This document shows, piece by piece, positions 13,145 through 26,033 of a stretch of DNA of 64,000 bases. Both the position numbers and the translations under genes were made by a program. The DNA is from Auanema rhodensis (taxonomy: Eukaryota; Animalia; Nematoda), in assembly GCA_964057225.1 (NCBI GenBank), contig OZ059894.1, forward strand, positions 15,252,001 through 15,316,000. The letters are read 5' to 3'. The notes under the pieces were generated by a model. The model was not told the DNA's origin. It saw only the letters and a list, made by a program, of their open reading frames with translations, and did not search any database. The first letter of the stretch is position 1; each line of letters starts with the position of its first letter.

Positions 13145-13916
13145 TTAACCTAGAGTACCAGTAGTTTGTAGAATTATAATCGTCATAACTAAGGTAATTG
13201 CAATTGTTCCAAAAGCCCAGGCACAAATTTTATGTTTATTCCTTTTAGCGATATCAACTAATGAGCATTTCGATCGTCTCTTCACATAAGCTGCAAGAAA
13301 ATATTTTGAGCGAAAACTTTTCATTTAAACATATAAAATATTGATTTTCAAATGTTTTTCTTTTCTAACTCACTCTTTAATTTGCTTTGCTTTGTTTTTT
13401 TTGTTAAAAGAGTCATGAAAACTAACGATAAGTGATTGGACGTTCATGATAGACATACATGCCAGGTGGTTCATAGAATACTTCTGAAGTAGATATTCCT
13501 CGAATTCTGAAACGAAGAACGTGTTCTACATGAAGTTTTGTATTCTGAATAATGTACCTAACGTTTGTTAATTCATATGCTGATAAGGTTTGTGGATAAG
13601 CATTTCTAATTGCTGGGTTTTGACGCTCAAACTGGTAAATAGTTCTTGGCTGGGCTTCAGAAGGCAGACTCGCAACACATACTGAGATAGATTTTTGCCG
13701 TTTATGCTTAAATTAATTCCAAATAAAAACAAATTGTGGAATACGAAATAAGCTTACAGATACAGGTATAGGAGTATCAACTACTTCTACATCTTCTTCT
13801 GTAGGTGATTTATCAAAATAATGATGAATAAGTGATGTGGACCTTTTCTGATAATGTGTTCGAAAACGAGGATCCAAAGAAGTACTTTTCTTCTCAATTT
13901 CTGATTTAGCAGTCAT
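13145..13916 (-). CDS. ~190 aa tail-anchored membrane protein of unknown function
   Basis: Four exons: MTAKSEIEKK...TPIPVS | HKRQKS...ELTNVR | IRGISTSEVFYEPPGMYVYHERPITYP | YVKRRSKC...ICAWAFGTIAITLVMTIIILQTTGTLG*. A single C-terminal TM follows a basic patch. Confidence 0.75.
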
Positions 13917-15821
13917 TCTAGAATTTTATATAATTAGTATATTTTTCAAAATTAAATTATTGATTGTAATAAAAAAAAAGAAGAACAAGAAGAAGATATA
14001 AAATAACGATAGTAATAGAATTTAAAAATAAAATATTTAAATTTATTAAAAAGATATAAGTTTAAATGAATATCTTTTCTATTTAATATTATATTATCTT
14101 TATTATAAATTTTAAAATTAATTAATATTAACTATATGTATATACATACATATAGTTAATAAAATTTAAAATAAATGAAAATTTTGTATCGTCTGTTTGC
14201 TACTTGTCACTTTTAAATGTATGAGTTATGTGTTCGTAAGAATATACTGATAAATAACCTTACCTTCTATATTTCATCATATTTCTCTATATAGTAAATA
14301 GATGAAATACGATTTCTATTTCCATGTTAATATCATATCAATTTTCTTTATTTATTCAAAAAATATTTTTAAAATAAAATAAAATATCGAAATAGAATCA
14401 TATATGATTCTAATTTCTCATTCAATATTTGAGATCCAACAGTATATTCTAAAACAAATTTCCCATATCTCCAAGCGATTGCATCTGGTCTCTGGAAAAC
14501 GTGATGAAAGCCGGGTGCAACATGATTGTTTTCTTCTTGTTGTTACTTCTTCTTCTTAAGTCTTCTTTGCTTCTTTTTTGCTCACTTCTTCGACATTTCA
14601 CTAAAGCATCTGAAAATTAACTCAAAAAATTGAAAAATGTTAGGAAAGCCCATGATGAAGATGGAGAAAAAAAATCAGCCGCATTCACCATCGACGATAA
14701 TTTAACTAATTATCAGCTTATCATCAGTAAACGATAACGGTTTTTCGAATGACGATAGATCGATAAAGTCCAAAAACTATAGTATTTCGAATAACGATGA
14801 ATATAAGAAAAAAAATGTTCAAATTGAAGAAGTCAAAGATTTAAAAAATTACAGCATAGGTTGCTCCAGTAGCCGATTTGATAGGTTTGATCCTTTGCCC
14901 TTCTTATCAGACTGCCAAATTCGGGAACAAAAAGATTCTGAATCATAAAATAGGGCTATTGAAGTCTATTTGAATAAGATAACACAAAAGAAACACGCAG
15001 CTGACATTTTTGGAAATCTTTTTCCAAATTTGAGAAAAAACTTTAAACTAGAATAAATTTTTTTTTTTTATAAAATGAGAAATAAGTCAATTTTTGAGTT
15101 TTCTTATAGTTTTAAATGAAAATTAAATGCTTTGATAGCATATCTAGAAGAATATCTGAAATGAAAAATTTTTAAGAGAAAGGAAAGAAATGAGAAAAAA
15201 ATAATTTTCATATGAAATGTTTAGATGAAAGTACAGATTATTGCTTTAACCGACTCATATAAGATCTATAAAAAATTGTCTGAGCAATTAAAATCGGAAA
15301 TCGTAACCTACTATTATCTGTCTTTTCAATAAGAACGATAAGAAGTCAGTTCAAGGAAAATATTCTATCATGAGATCTCCCTTTAATCATCATATGATAG
15401 TATTTTTTTCATAATTTCTGTATATTTTATAAAAAAAAAATTCATTTTTTCTTAAAAATTCAGAATAAATTATTTAACTTTCTTGGAAAATATGATTTTT
15501 TTTTTCTGATGAATGTTTTAAAAATAAAAAAAAGCATACATCAGAATATTGAAATCTACTACTCAGCCCATAGTTACAAGGTGGAGAAATACATTTATTG
15601 TTTGAATTAAACAAAGTTTGTATGTTATTGATCATAAGAAATTAAAAAGAAAACAATATTTGTATTAAAATTACTTAACAACTATTTTAATGATTTTCTT
15701 GCAGAAAAATATTAAAAATAATAGTATTTTGCAAATTATTCAATGAAAAACAATATAAAGCTCATAATGATTTATGAAATCAAACTTAAATAGAACGAGA
15801 ATATAAAATTTAATAATGTTT

Positions 15822-17107
15822 CTATGCTGTTGTAAATGATTTACTTTTTCTTGATACCATAGTGACATTTCGAACTCTTTGTTGAGGAAACCATTTGCTT
15901 CTAATACTTTTACGATGAATTATGCAGAAAATAATTCTAAAATTAAAATAATTAAGTATTTATATATAAATAATATTAATTTTACCCTTCAATAAAGTCA
16001 CGATTTTCAAAACAAAATGAAAATAAAATAAAATTTAATATAAGACTATTTGGATGTGGCATATGTCTAAAATAGACTAATGCTATGAACAATGAAGTTG
16101 AAATTTGTATTGCTGAATGTAGAAACATAACAGAATTTCTCATTAATCGTTTACGAAATGAATCAGCTTCTGTACTACTGTAGTACTGAAAAAAAGAAAG
16201 AAATATTTAAATAAATTCTCAGAAACTTAAAGAATAAGTTTTTAAATAAACTTAAACTTACAAAATGTCTTGCTAAAAAGAATAATGTTAAAACATTTAA
16301 AACCATAGCATTTATCATTAAAGGCACCATAACACGTTTAAGTCCACTTTCAAAATATCTACATGGAGATGTATAATTTCCATAAAAAACATATAATTCA
16401 TCTCTATCAATATTTAAGGCACAATCTATATCTGATGTTAATTATATTAATTATAATAAATAATAAATAAAATATACCTCTATCAACAGCACTATATACT
16501 TTAATTGGAAATATAATTAAGAAAAGTATAACAGGTAATAACTGAAACAAAAAAAACATCAAAATCGTTATTAAAATTTCATAAATGTACATGTGTTGAT
16601 ATAGGATTAAATATAAGTTTATAATATTTCCAGAATGCTATTGCTATGAGACGATTTATAGCTAATAAATTATCCATTAAAGTTATATAGTTAGTAGCTG
16701 ATGATGATAAATAAAATATTTTTCTTGTATAGTTAGTTCCGCTAAAAAGAATTGTTTTTCAAAAATATTGTTTCTTTTACTATTTCATCTATATATACAT
16801 ATGTATCTGTACATATACTATATATATGTATATGAATATATTATAAATCTTACATAATCATTGTTTCATAAAAACCAACAAGTGACATAGTTATATGAAA
16901 AATATATATGGTTGATCTACATACACAAAAAAAATTAAATTGGTTTCGAAACGAAAAATCATATTTATATTGAAATATAATTATAGCGTGTAGTAATACA
17001 GTAAGTGAAGCTATCTGAATATTTTAAATATTTTAAATATTTTAATAAAATAATTAAAAACTTACCACAGCTATATATATAAGAATTATTACATTATCAA
17101 AGTTCAT
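15822..17107 (-). CDS. Serpentine chemoreceptor, Srx-like 7TM GPCR
   Basis: Seven exons, intact ORF of about 300 aa: MNFDNVIILIYIAV...LLAINRLIAIAFWKYYKLIF...NSVMFLHSAIQ...DFIEGIIFCII...TTA*. Confidence 0.85.
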
Positions 17108-17820
17108 TGATTTTATAGAATTTTTTGTTTAGAATAAGAAGATTGTTGAACTTATATTTACTGTAAAATTTAAAATTTTTAGTAAAAAAAACGAAAATAT
17201 TACAACAAGTTCATTACAGAGAGAAAATGAATATAGAAGGACAATAAGGCTTAATATTTCAAGTAAGAAAGATCATTGGAACTTCGTGGATTGAGAAACA
17301 ATATTTTTAGAAAACAGCTTCAAGCTCACATAAGTAAGTAATACAATAAATTATATTAGAAGAGATTTTAGATTATTGAACAATAAAAAAAATGGAAAAA
17401 AATGAAGGAAGAATGTAAATTTCTTATTTTACTTTTGTAAGTGAATATAAAATGTCTAAACAAGAACATGAGACAATTCACCAGTGAGCACCACCTTCTT
17501 TTTCAGAAATTTCAGTTTTTTTCTGATTTTATAAATGATCACACAAATAATTTATTTACTTCAACTAAAGTGTTGGTTTTGAAACTGAATAGATGATCAT
17601 TAGTTAAAATAGTATTTGATTTATATATATATATATAGTTAAATATAAAAATAGGTAGATAGATATATTCGATATAGATTACTCAAAACTAAAGTTTATT
17701 TGGTTTTGAAATATAATTTAAAAGTACATGAAATATGTATTTGAAAGTCTTATCAAATTAATTAACTACACCCGTTTATGTATAAAGAAAAACAAAAAAA
17801 AACAAAGAAAATGGATTTGG

Positions 17821-19628
17821 TTAGAAAGTACAATTCACTTGACGTTGCTGTGATGTAACATGGAATGCTGGACCATGAGCAGGTAATATCCATTCAGCCT
17901 ACGATATTATATGAATTCAAATTATAATATAACAAGATTATGATTAAACTCACTTCACATAATACCATGGTTCTTGATTCCATGGTTCTTTTTGATTTAT
18001 TCCAGAATTCTTCGTCTCCTTTCTTTACCTCACTTCCACTTATAAATAACGATCCTTTAAATATGTATATTATTTAATCATATTTTTTATAATTTAATAT
18101 TTAAAATAGAAATTGAAACAATAAGCTTGTTATCTATGTTTTGGTTCAAGTTTTGTTCAAGAAATTTTTTTTGCAAATACCAGATATAGCAACAATTCCT
18201 AAAGATGGAACATTGCGAGCTATCAATGCTATTGAGTGATCTGTTGGTCCTGGTGTGGCTAATAGAAATGTATTTGGAGAACAGATTTCAACATGAACAC
18301 CCTGAAATACATATGTATGTAAATCTTATAATCAGAATTAGAAAATAATTTAATAACAATATTTCATGACGCAATGAAATAATTTCTTTTCTTAAATCAT
18401 AATGTACATATGAATACGTGCAAGATTAATAATATATATTTAAGATACTGGAAGCTATATAGACTAGACAGACATCATATGATGAGTTTAACTTAATTTA
18501 TTATTAAATTAAATTTTTTTTTGTTTTTTGAAAGGAAATTTACTTTAATTCTGAGAAATGACAAAGATAATAGCTAACCTCTTCAATACCTCCACGTACA
18601 AGATGTTCTTTATATATGAAATGACGCTCAAATATTATTTGAGCTTCTGGGAATAGATTCAGATTACCAAGAAATTGAGGTTGAGCTGAGGTTATAACCA
18701 CGAATTGAATATCACGAGGTGATATTCCAACCGAATTCAAATCTGAAATGTTACTGGGATGAATATGATCAATGAAACAATAATTACTTTGTAAAATTTC
18801 ATGTTTCTGATGTGGCATACCAGTGTTGACGACAATATTACATCTTGTATCTCTTACAACTACAACGTTGGAAGACAAACGTAAAGATGAGGAAAAGTTG
18901 CCTGGTTGTTGATGAGGTGAAGCTAGAAGAGTCAGAAGCGTAGCTGATTCTGGATCCTAAATGATGATAAATAATTATAACAAATGGTCAAAGGTTGATG
19001 TTGCTTACTGTAGCTGAATTCAATCTTCGGAGATGTGTAGTTCTTGGAGAGAACGTGCTTCCAGTAACAATAGCGTTAGTTTCCTCTGTAAATAAGAAAC
19101 AAAAAAAAAAGATTTTAATTTTACAAAATTAATTATACCATGTTCAGGAACTTTCATTAATACGTTGTAATCGAATTGAGAAGCAGAAGAAGAACCAGAA
19201 CCAGAATACTGCTTCCAGTAATCAGGTATTGTTCTCTATAAACAGTATAAAACTTTCAAATAAAATTATTATGAAGATTACAGATGTGGCAGGCGGACGT
19301 CTAGCAAGCAGTTGAATTAACAATTCTTGTGTTCCACAACACAGATAGTCTTGACCGTCTTTTTGACAAAATGCCATTTGACCTCCAGTTTGTACAATAC
19401 AGGGATCTGGTTGACCCTTGAAATAGAAAAAAAAAGTTGTTGAATATACAGAAATATTTCAAATTAACATTAAAAATATAAATAAAGCTAATAAAGTTAT
19501 AAACTTACAGGAAGAGTTGGAACACACCTCATCAATGCTAAAGTATCACGATGTCTAAGTTGTGTTAATCCTCGTTCACATGTCGATACCAATAATGGCA
19601 ATAAGAGGTATAAGATATGAAACAACAT
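17821..19628 (-). CDS. Secreted metallo-beta-lactamase-fold (MBLAC1-like) protein with an N-terminal Cys-rich module and degenerate metal-binding motifs
   Basis: Nine exons. Signal [16 protein letters not shown]; module RC..DPC..AFC..YLCCG; MBL core [64 protein letters not shown]. Confidence 0.88.
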
Positions 19629-21656
19629 CTGAAAATAGATAAACGATTGAATATGAAATGAATTCATGAAGATTTTGAAAGAATTTGAATTTACAACAAT
19701 AGATGATTGAGCCGAAGATCTGATGAGAAGAATCTATGTGAAAAGGTATATCAGCGCTCAAGAGTTTTCTTTTCTTTCGAATGGGTCATTGAAGAATTGA
19801 AGTGAAAGAACTGACAAACATTTCAGATTATCTCTTTTTCAATCTAGTTTCATATCATTCAAATACTTTTTTGATGCTCATAAACACTTAGGAATTCTAA
19901 TGCTAATCTCAAAAACTTGACCAAAGAAATCAAAGAACCTAGGAAACGAAATCTTCCTGTTCTTAAAAGAAAATAACGGATTGAAGTGAGAACAAAGGTT
20001 TAAAAATACAATATAATTAGTTATATTAGTTAAATATTTATATAATTAACTCTTATATAGTTAGTATATTATTAATTAAATACAGATTACTGATTATCAG
20101 TTTGATATATTCTATATACATATATGTCTAATCGCTAAGTTTTATCAATAACTTAGAAAAAACTTGAATATTTAAGAATTTGAAGATAAGCTTGATAATA
20201 AGAAATCATTAAAGTGCATAGAAGAAAAGAAAAAAAAATGAAATTGTGGGAATGAAAACAAACAAAAAAAGTTATCAATGAACATTGGGTGTTAAGTGCT
20301 CATCATAGGCATCAGCAGCAACAGCATCATCATCATCATCATCTTCTTCTTCTTCTCACCTAAGTCTGTGTACACCATTTGACCGGATATTTGCAGCCAA
20401 AGTGACCGACAATTGACCAAACAAATAGAGGTGAAAGGTAGATGAGAAGACAATAGATTGAACTAAAGCTGATCGGCAACAGCAACAACAGTAGTTGTAC
20501 TTGTTATTCTTATGAACAAGGATAAATATACATCATCTATATATTATATTGTATAAGATGCTCTTCAACGTTTATAGTTAGCAGATATACAAATATGCAA
20601 ATAAATATTTTTTTACATCGAATGTTAGTATATAGACGATATAGTAAATGAATAAAACTATATAATAATAGAATACAATATATTTTTTTAAAATATAATA
20701 AAGTATTAAAATTAATAATTTATTTTAATATTTAAATTATATTTTAATATATTAAAAAGTAAACCATAAAAGGTGTTTAAGTATAAGCTTAGGTTTATCC
20801 ACTGCCTATAGTTAGGCTTATGCTTACCCATTACCTAGAGTATTTGAGGTTTTTTTCAGACTCAAAAGTTTAAAAAAATAAAAAGATTTGAAAATTTTGG
20901 GGTGGCAACAAATGCACTAAAATATATTAAATATTATATTTATCTCATAATTTTAAGTCAATTAACTCTGATATCAACTACATGAAGCTTAACAGCCAAG
21001 TGAGTCTGTAATGCACTTATCATTCATGGATCGTCTAACAAAGGAAAAACATGGTTTATTGAAAATTTCTTAAATATTCCTCTAAGAAGAACGATTTCTT
21101 AAGATAACCTTGTAATAGTAAGTTGGCTCATTATCGGAGATTAGAAGAGTTTGAGTCCTGTCCATAGTCCTACAAACTGATGTATGTAATTCTCTTAATC
21201 TTAAGTGAATGAAGAAAAATGAATGTTTATTTTTTAAAAATGAAAACATTCTTATTTCATTCAATTTCTAAGACCATATTCATGTAATTCTTCAATCTAT
21301 CTTCTCCCCAAATCGAAATTTTAAATCAAACATCCATCTTCAGTATGTATTCATGCATGAGAATAAAAATCTAACAAAGCTACGTTTCTCTAAATTTCTA
21401 GGAAAATATTTAATTTTGTCTACAATAAAGGTAATTTTGAAATTTTTTTAAAATTGTATCTATGTATTTAAAAAAATTTATTGTAAATAAAATAATTAAT
21501 GTAGTTTTAATATAAATATGCCTGTATGTATATAATAATTTTGTTTAAGAAGAACAAACATAAAACAAAAATTTCTTTTCTCCATTCCAAATTTCTAAAA
21601 AAATTAAAAAAAGAATTAAGTTCTTCGTATATTATTTCTTTTTTTAATTCAAAAGA

Positions 21657-23125
21657 ATGAGATCATCGCTTGTTTATACTTTAATAAGTAAATTCATTGT
21701 AAGTTTATTTATTAAAAAATCATAATTATTATAAAAATATAAATTAAGATAGAGATAGTAGGCATTTTCTGTCATTCTTCTCTTCTTCTTAGTTATGCAC
21801 GTTCTGAAGATTTATCAAATCCTTTTAATATAATTAGTTGTTATCGATCTATACTGAATATTTCTGCATTAATCATAGAAATAATCTTAGATTCAGGATT
21901 TGTATTTCAGTTAATTTATATAAAAAATTTAAAAAATTGAAATATAATATGTTTCAGTTGGCCATCACATATAGTATATTTTACTTATTTAAGTAGTAAC
22001 ACAGCTAATTTTCAATTAACATCATCTGAAGCACTTTTTGCTATGAATAGGCTTTTAGCTCTTCTATATTGGAGAAGATTTAGTGATCTTTTCAGTGGAA
22101 CATCTACAAAAGTAAAATATATTTAACAAATATTCTTAAGAATAAACATAAATATTTAAGATTTTTTTATTAATTAATTTTTTTATTATTGTATCTTTAA
22201 CATATGTACCAGTTATAATTAAAAGTATGTTAACTATAACTATATAATTATATTTTTTATTAAAATTTATTTAAGAATGCTATAAAATTCCAAATATTAT
22301 GATATTAATAGCTGATTTAAGTAATCAGGAAGTTTGTGTTACTGTTGATTCACTTTTTGTTAAACTTTGGGGATTTCCAACAATAGCTTTCAGTGTTTTG
22401 GCAAATTTAATGACATCAGGCTATTTAATATTTTATTATGTAAGTTTAGTTTTCTATACTATATATTATATATTATACATTATATAGTAAATATCTTAAC
22501 TATACGGTATTTTTCTAATTAAACTGTACTCTTTATATTTTCAGATAAATATAAGAAAACAAAGATTTGTCTATGATAAGCAAATGAAACATAATGTTCA
22601 AATGTTTTTAACATGTTTTTTTCAATCATTGATGTGGCTTATAATATTTTATATGAAATATCAATGTCCAGGAGAATTTGAAATGCAATCAATTGTTTTA
22701 ATGTCTCGTCATCTAATTGAAGGGTATATATTTATTTTTTTAAAACTACATACAGTCCTGTGCGATGAAAGTCGGACACCCACTAGAAATCCTTATATCT
22801 TTTCAGACAAACTACAAAAATTCAGAAAAAAATATAATTTGAGTATTAAAAATGATAATGAATTCAGAAAAAATGTAAAATAATCAAAAAATCATGTTTA
22901 AAAGTATTTTTATGTATTAATTATATTGATTTTAAGATTATTATTCTGTTGGCTTAATTGGAAGAATGTAAGAAAAGTTTTATTAGGCAATAGAAATGTA
23001 AAATATTTTAATATAATCATATATTTTTCTTATAAACTAAATTATAGCGTAATGGAAATGTGGTGACTATATCAACTCATCCAGCAAATGTCACTACTGC
23101 AAACGTCAATAATAAAATTATATGA
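21657..23125 (+). CDS. Serpentine chemoreceptor, Srx-like 7TM GPCR
   Basis: Eight exons in frame: MRSSLVYTLISKFI...LFAMNRLLALLYWRRFSDLF...NVQMFLTCFFQS...RHLIEGLLFCWLN...NKII*. Confidence 0.85.
22751..22790 (+). mobile_element. Possible orphan Tc1/mariner-type terminal inverted repeat remnant in an Srx intron
   Basis: GC-rich TA-CAGTCCTGTGCGATGAAAGTCGGACACCC in an otherwise AT-rich, enlarged intron. TA|CAG is the Tc1-family end signature. No partner TIR was seen. Confidence 0.3.
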
Positions 23126-24876
23126 TATACATACTTTATATAATTTATATACTATGTATATATGTATATAGAATAAATAAGTTTTAAATAAAAATATTAA
23201 ATGTTATATATGGTTTATGCAAACAAGGAGGAAAGAAGTAAAAGTATTTTATAACTAATCAAAGATTATATGAAATAGTTTTATAACTATATACTTGTAC
23301 GTGTACATATACATATATAGTATATATAGTTAAAACACTTATATATATATTAATAATATATTAGATTTATTAGATACAAATAGATATATATATATATATT
23401 TTGATATTACTATACTGTTATTTAGAATTTTATACTGTAAATAAGAAAATTTTAAGATATATCTATATCTGTCTATCATTGTACGTACATACATGTATGT
23501 ATCTACTTACGTGTATTGTAATTTATGAAAAAGTTTGAAAAATACAAATTTACTTTCAATAATGTGTTTTCTCATTTAAAAGTTTAAAGTTTATTATTTT
23601 ACGTGTAAAATAAAACTTTTCATGAGATTCAAAAAAAAAAAAAAGAAATCTATTTATACAACTTTCAAAACTTCAAATTACGGTAATTGGTTGTTTGGGT
23701 TACGGTATACATACATACATGTATATGTTTCGAGGGAGGGAGGGAGGGAGGGAGTAATTCATATTATATAGTTTCACATGGAAACCCTAAGAAAAACAAT
23801 AAATATATACATTTTGTGTATTTTTTGAAGAAAAACTAAAAAATTCTAATAATAGTATACATGTAAATCTTATATATATTTGTATATTTGTATATTATAT
23901 TTATCTTAAAAATATAAAAAAAAATATAAGAAATGAATAATAAATTGACTTTTTCTTTGTTTATTAATTATATAATATTATTATAAATGAATAAATATAT
24001 ATAAATAACTGTACTATGCACTATGATTGAATTAATCTTAAAAGAAAAATATAAAATTTTGATATTATTGTAATAAAATACTTTTATTTTTAAAAAAAAA
24101 AATCTTTTTTTTAATTATATATTTATTCAATAGGTGGAAACAGGAAGTTTAACAAAATTATTTTTGTTTTTAGCTGTTGTATGTCATATACATACTATAT
24201 GAATGTATGTATGTAGATACATACATATAAAGAAAGAAAGATATTATAAAAAATATAAAAAAAGTATAAAATAATTAAAAATGAAATCACGTTTTTCATA
24301 TAAAAAAGTTTTGAACTAAAAACATGGAAACGGAATTTTTTGTACAAGAATTTCAAGAAAATACTCAGCAAATCCAAGATCTAAGTATCATTCTTGATTC
24401 TCGCAAGAAACTAGTATAAGTATTTCCTGTTCATAATAATTATTATTTCTCAAACAAGAAGAAAAAAAGTAAAAGTTAATTGAAAGTGATGTGTTCAAAG
24501 TCTCCGGTCACAGTTCATCGAATTGACTTGAGATTGAAGAATAAATGCTACCTCATATGGCTTGTCTACTTACTACTTGATCTTCTTTTGTATTTCTGGA
24601 TAAGTGCTCAATTTGAATCGTCCAGTCTCGCACTCAAGCAATAGAACTGGTCTCACTTCGTCCGACTATATAAGGATATAACTGATGTTTCATCTTCATA
24701 TGTTATTTTAATCTATTATATATCTCCCTCATTTTAATGAATACTTTCACCTGTCACGTTTGTCCTCTTTGATTATCAGTAGTTTTCAATGAAATCTTGC
24801 CTTCATACGTAACTTTCTTCTAATTGTAGCTTTGATTGGAAAATTGCTTCAAATGATCTTATAGTTATATTAGGAA

Positions 24877-26033
24877 ATGAAAAGACTTCTAATAGCTGCC
24901 CTTCTTCTGCCAGCTTTTGTGACCTGTCGTGGCCGTTATGAGTTCATTGATGATGCAGACCTTCCGGCATTTTATAGGTAAAGTTATAAATAAAGCATAC
25001 TTTGCAAAATTGATATTATCAAGTAAAATGGTAAAATTCATACGATTATTCCATAATAATTGGTAAATAGTACTAGTAAATAGTTTTAACTAATACTACA
25101 GAATTAAAAATCACTTTGATCATTGCAAAAAAAATTAATTTTTTTAGTTTAATCGTATTATTTCTGCAAAATTCTATGAGTTATTGGCTTTATTATTAAA
25201 ATATTAGTAAATAACAATTTTATAAGAAATATATTATATGTATAATACATTTCAAAAAAAGAAATCAAATCAACCATTCAATTCTACATCTTCAGCATGA
25301 GATCAGCCCAGTTAGCTCAACAGGCGCAACAACAGCAGCAGCTGCAAGTTCAAGTTCAAACATCTGCGTCCTCGCCAGTCGGACAGTACTCTCCATATTA
25401 TCATTATCCATATTACCAGCCAAGCGTAGTTCAAGCCAGTGATGTAATCTAAAAATGTATTTGAACGTATATTTCAGACATATTCATGTTTCAGGCTGTA
25501 CAAGTATTACCTACAACAAATTATAATCCATATTTACATTATGCACCACCAACTTCATTCCGTTCGGGTAAGTAGCAAGAGCTTAGAAAATCATTCTTAT
25601 CATTTGAAAACTATTTTTGCACAAATTTCGTAAATGTTTATCAAAAATGACTAAAAATAGAATAACAACGAATATATGGTCGTCATATTTGAATAGATAT
25701 GAAATTATAATTAAATAGCTTGTAAACCGTTGAAAAGAATTTTGCATTTTGATGCAAATGTCTACGAGAGCTCATAAAAAAGGAATTATTAAATCAAATT
25801 ATAGATGTTTGCTCATCAAATATATACATTTCTGTATAATAGCCCATATAAAAATTTTTTTTCTCCAAAATTCTATATAAGAAAATAATTTTTTACTCTT
25901 TTTAGCGGCCACTAATCCCACCTTTATTGCTGCAACGCCAACACAACCCAGAACTTTGACGACGTATGGTCCATATTCGCCTTATTTCTCCGGAATTCAG
26001 CAGATGACAGCCCGAAATAAGAAGAAATCATAA
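24877..26033 (+). CDS. 149 aa secreted Gln/Tyr/Pro-rich low-complexity protein
   Basis: Exons 24877-24977, 25296-25443, 25495-25567, 25906-26033 (450 nt): MKRLLIAALLLPAFVTC RGRYEFIDDADLPAFYSMRSAQLAQQAQQQQQ...YSPYYHYPYYQP...YGPYSPYFSGIQQMTARNKKKS*. Confidence 0.85.

Noticed and set aside
14440-15010. Exon-like GC-richer blocks on the minus strand upstream of the tail-anchored gene
   Set aside because: No spliced frame stays open; at most UTR or regulatory sequence
20815-20910. Spliced-leader-RNA-like pattern (TTTGAG|GT followed about 43 nt later by AAATTTTGG)
   Set aside because: No GGTTTAATTACCCAAG leader and no stem-loops II or III; probably chance in AT-rich DNA
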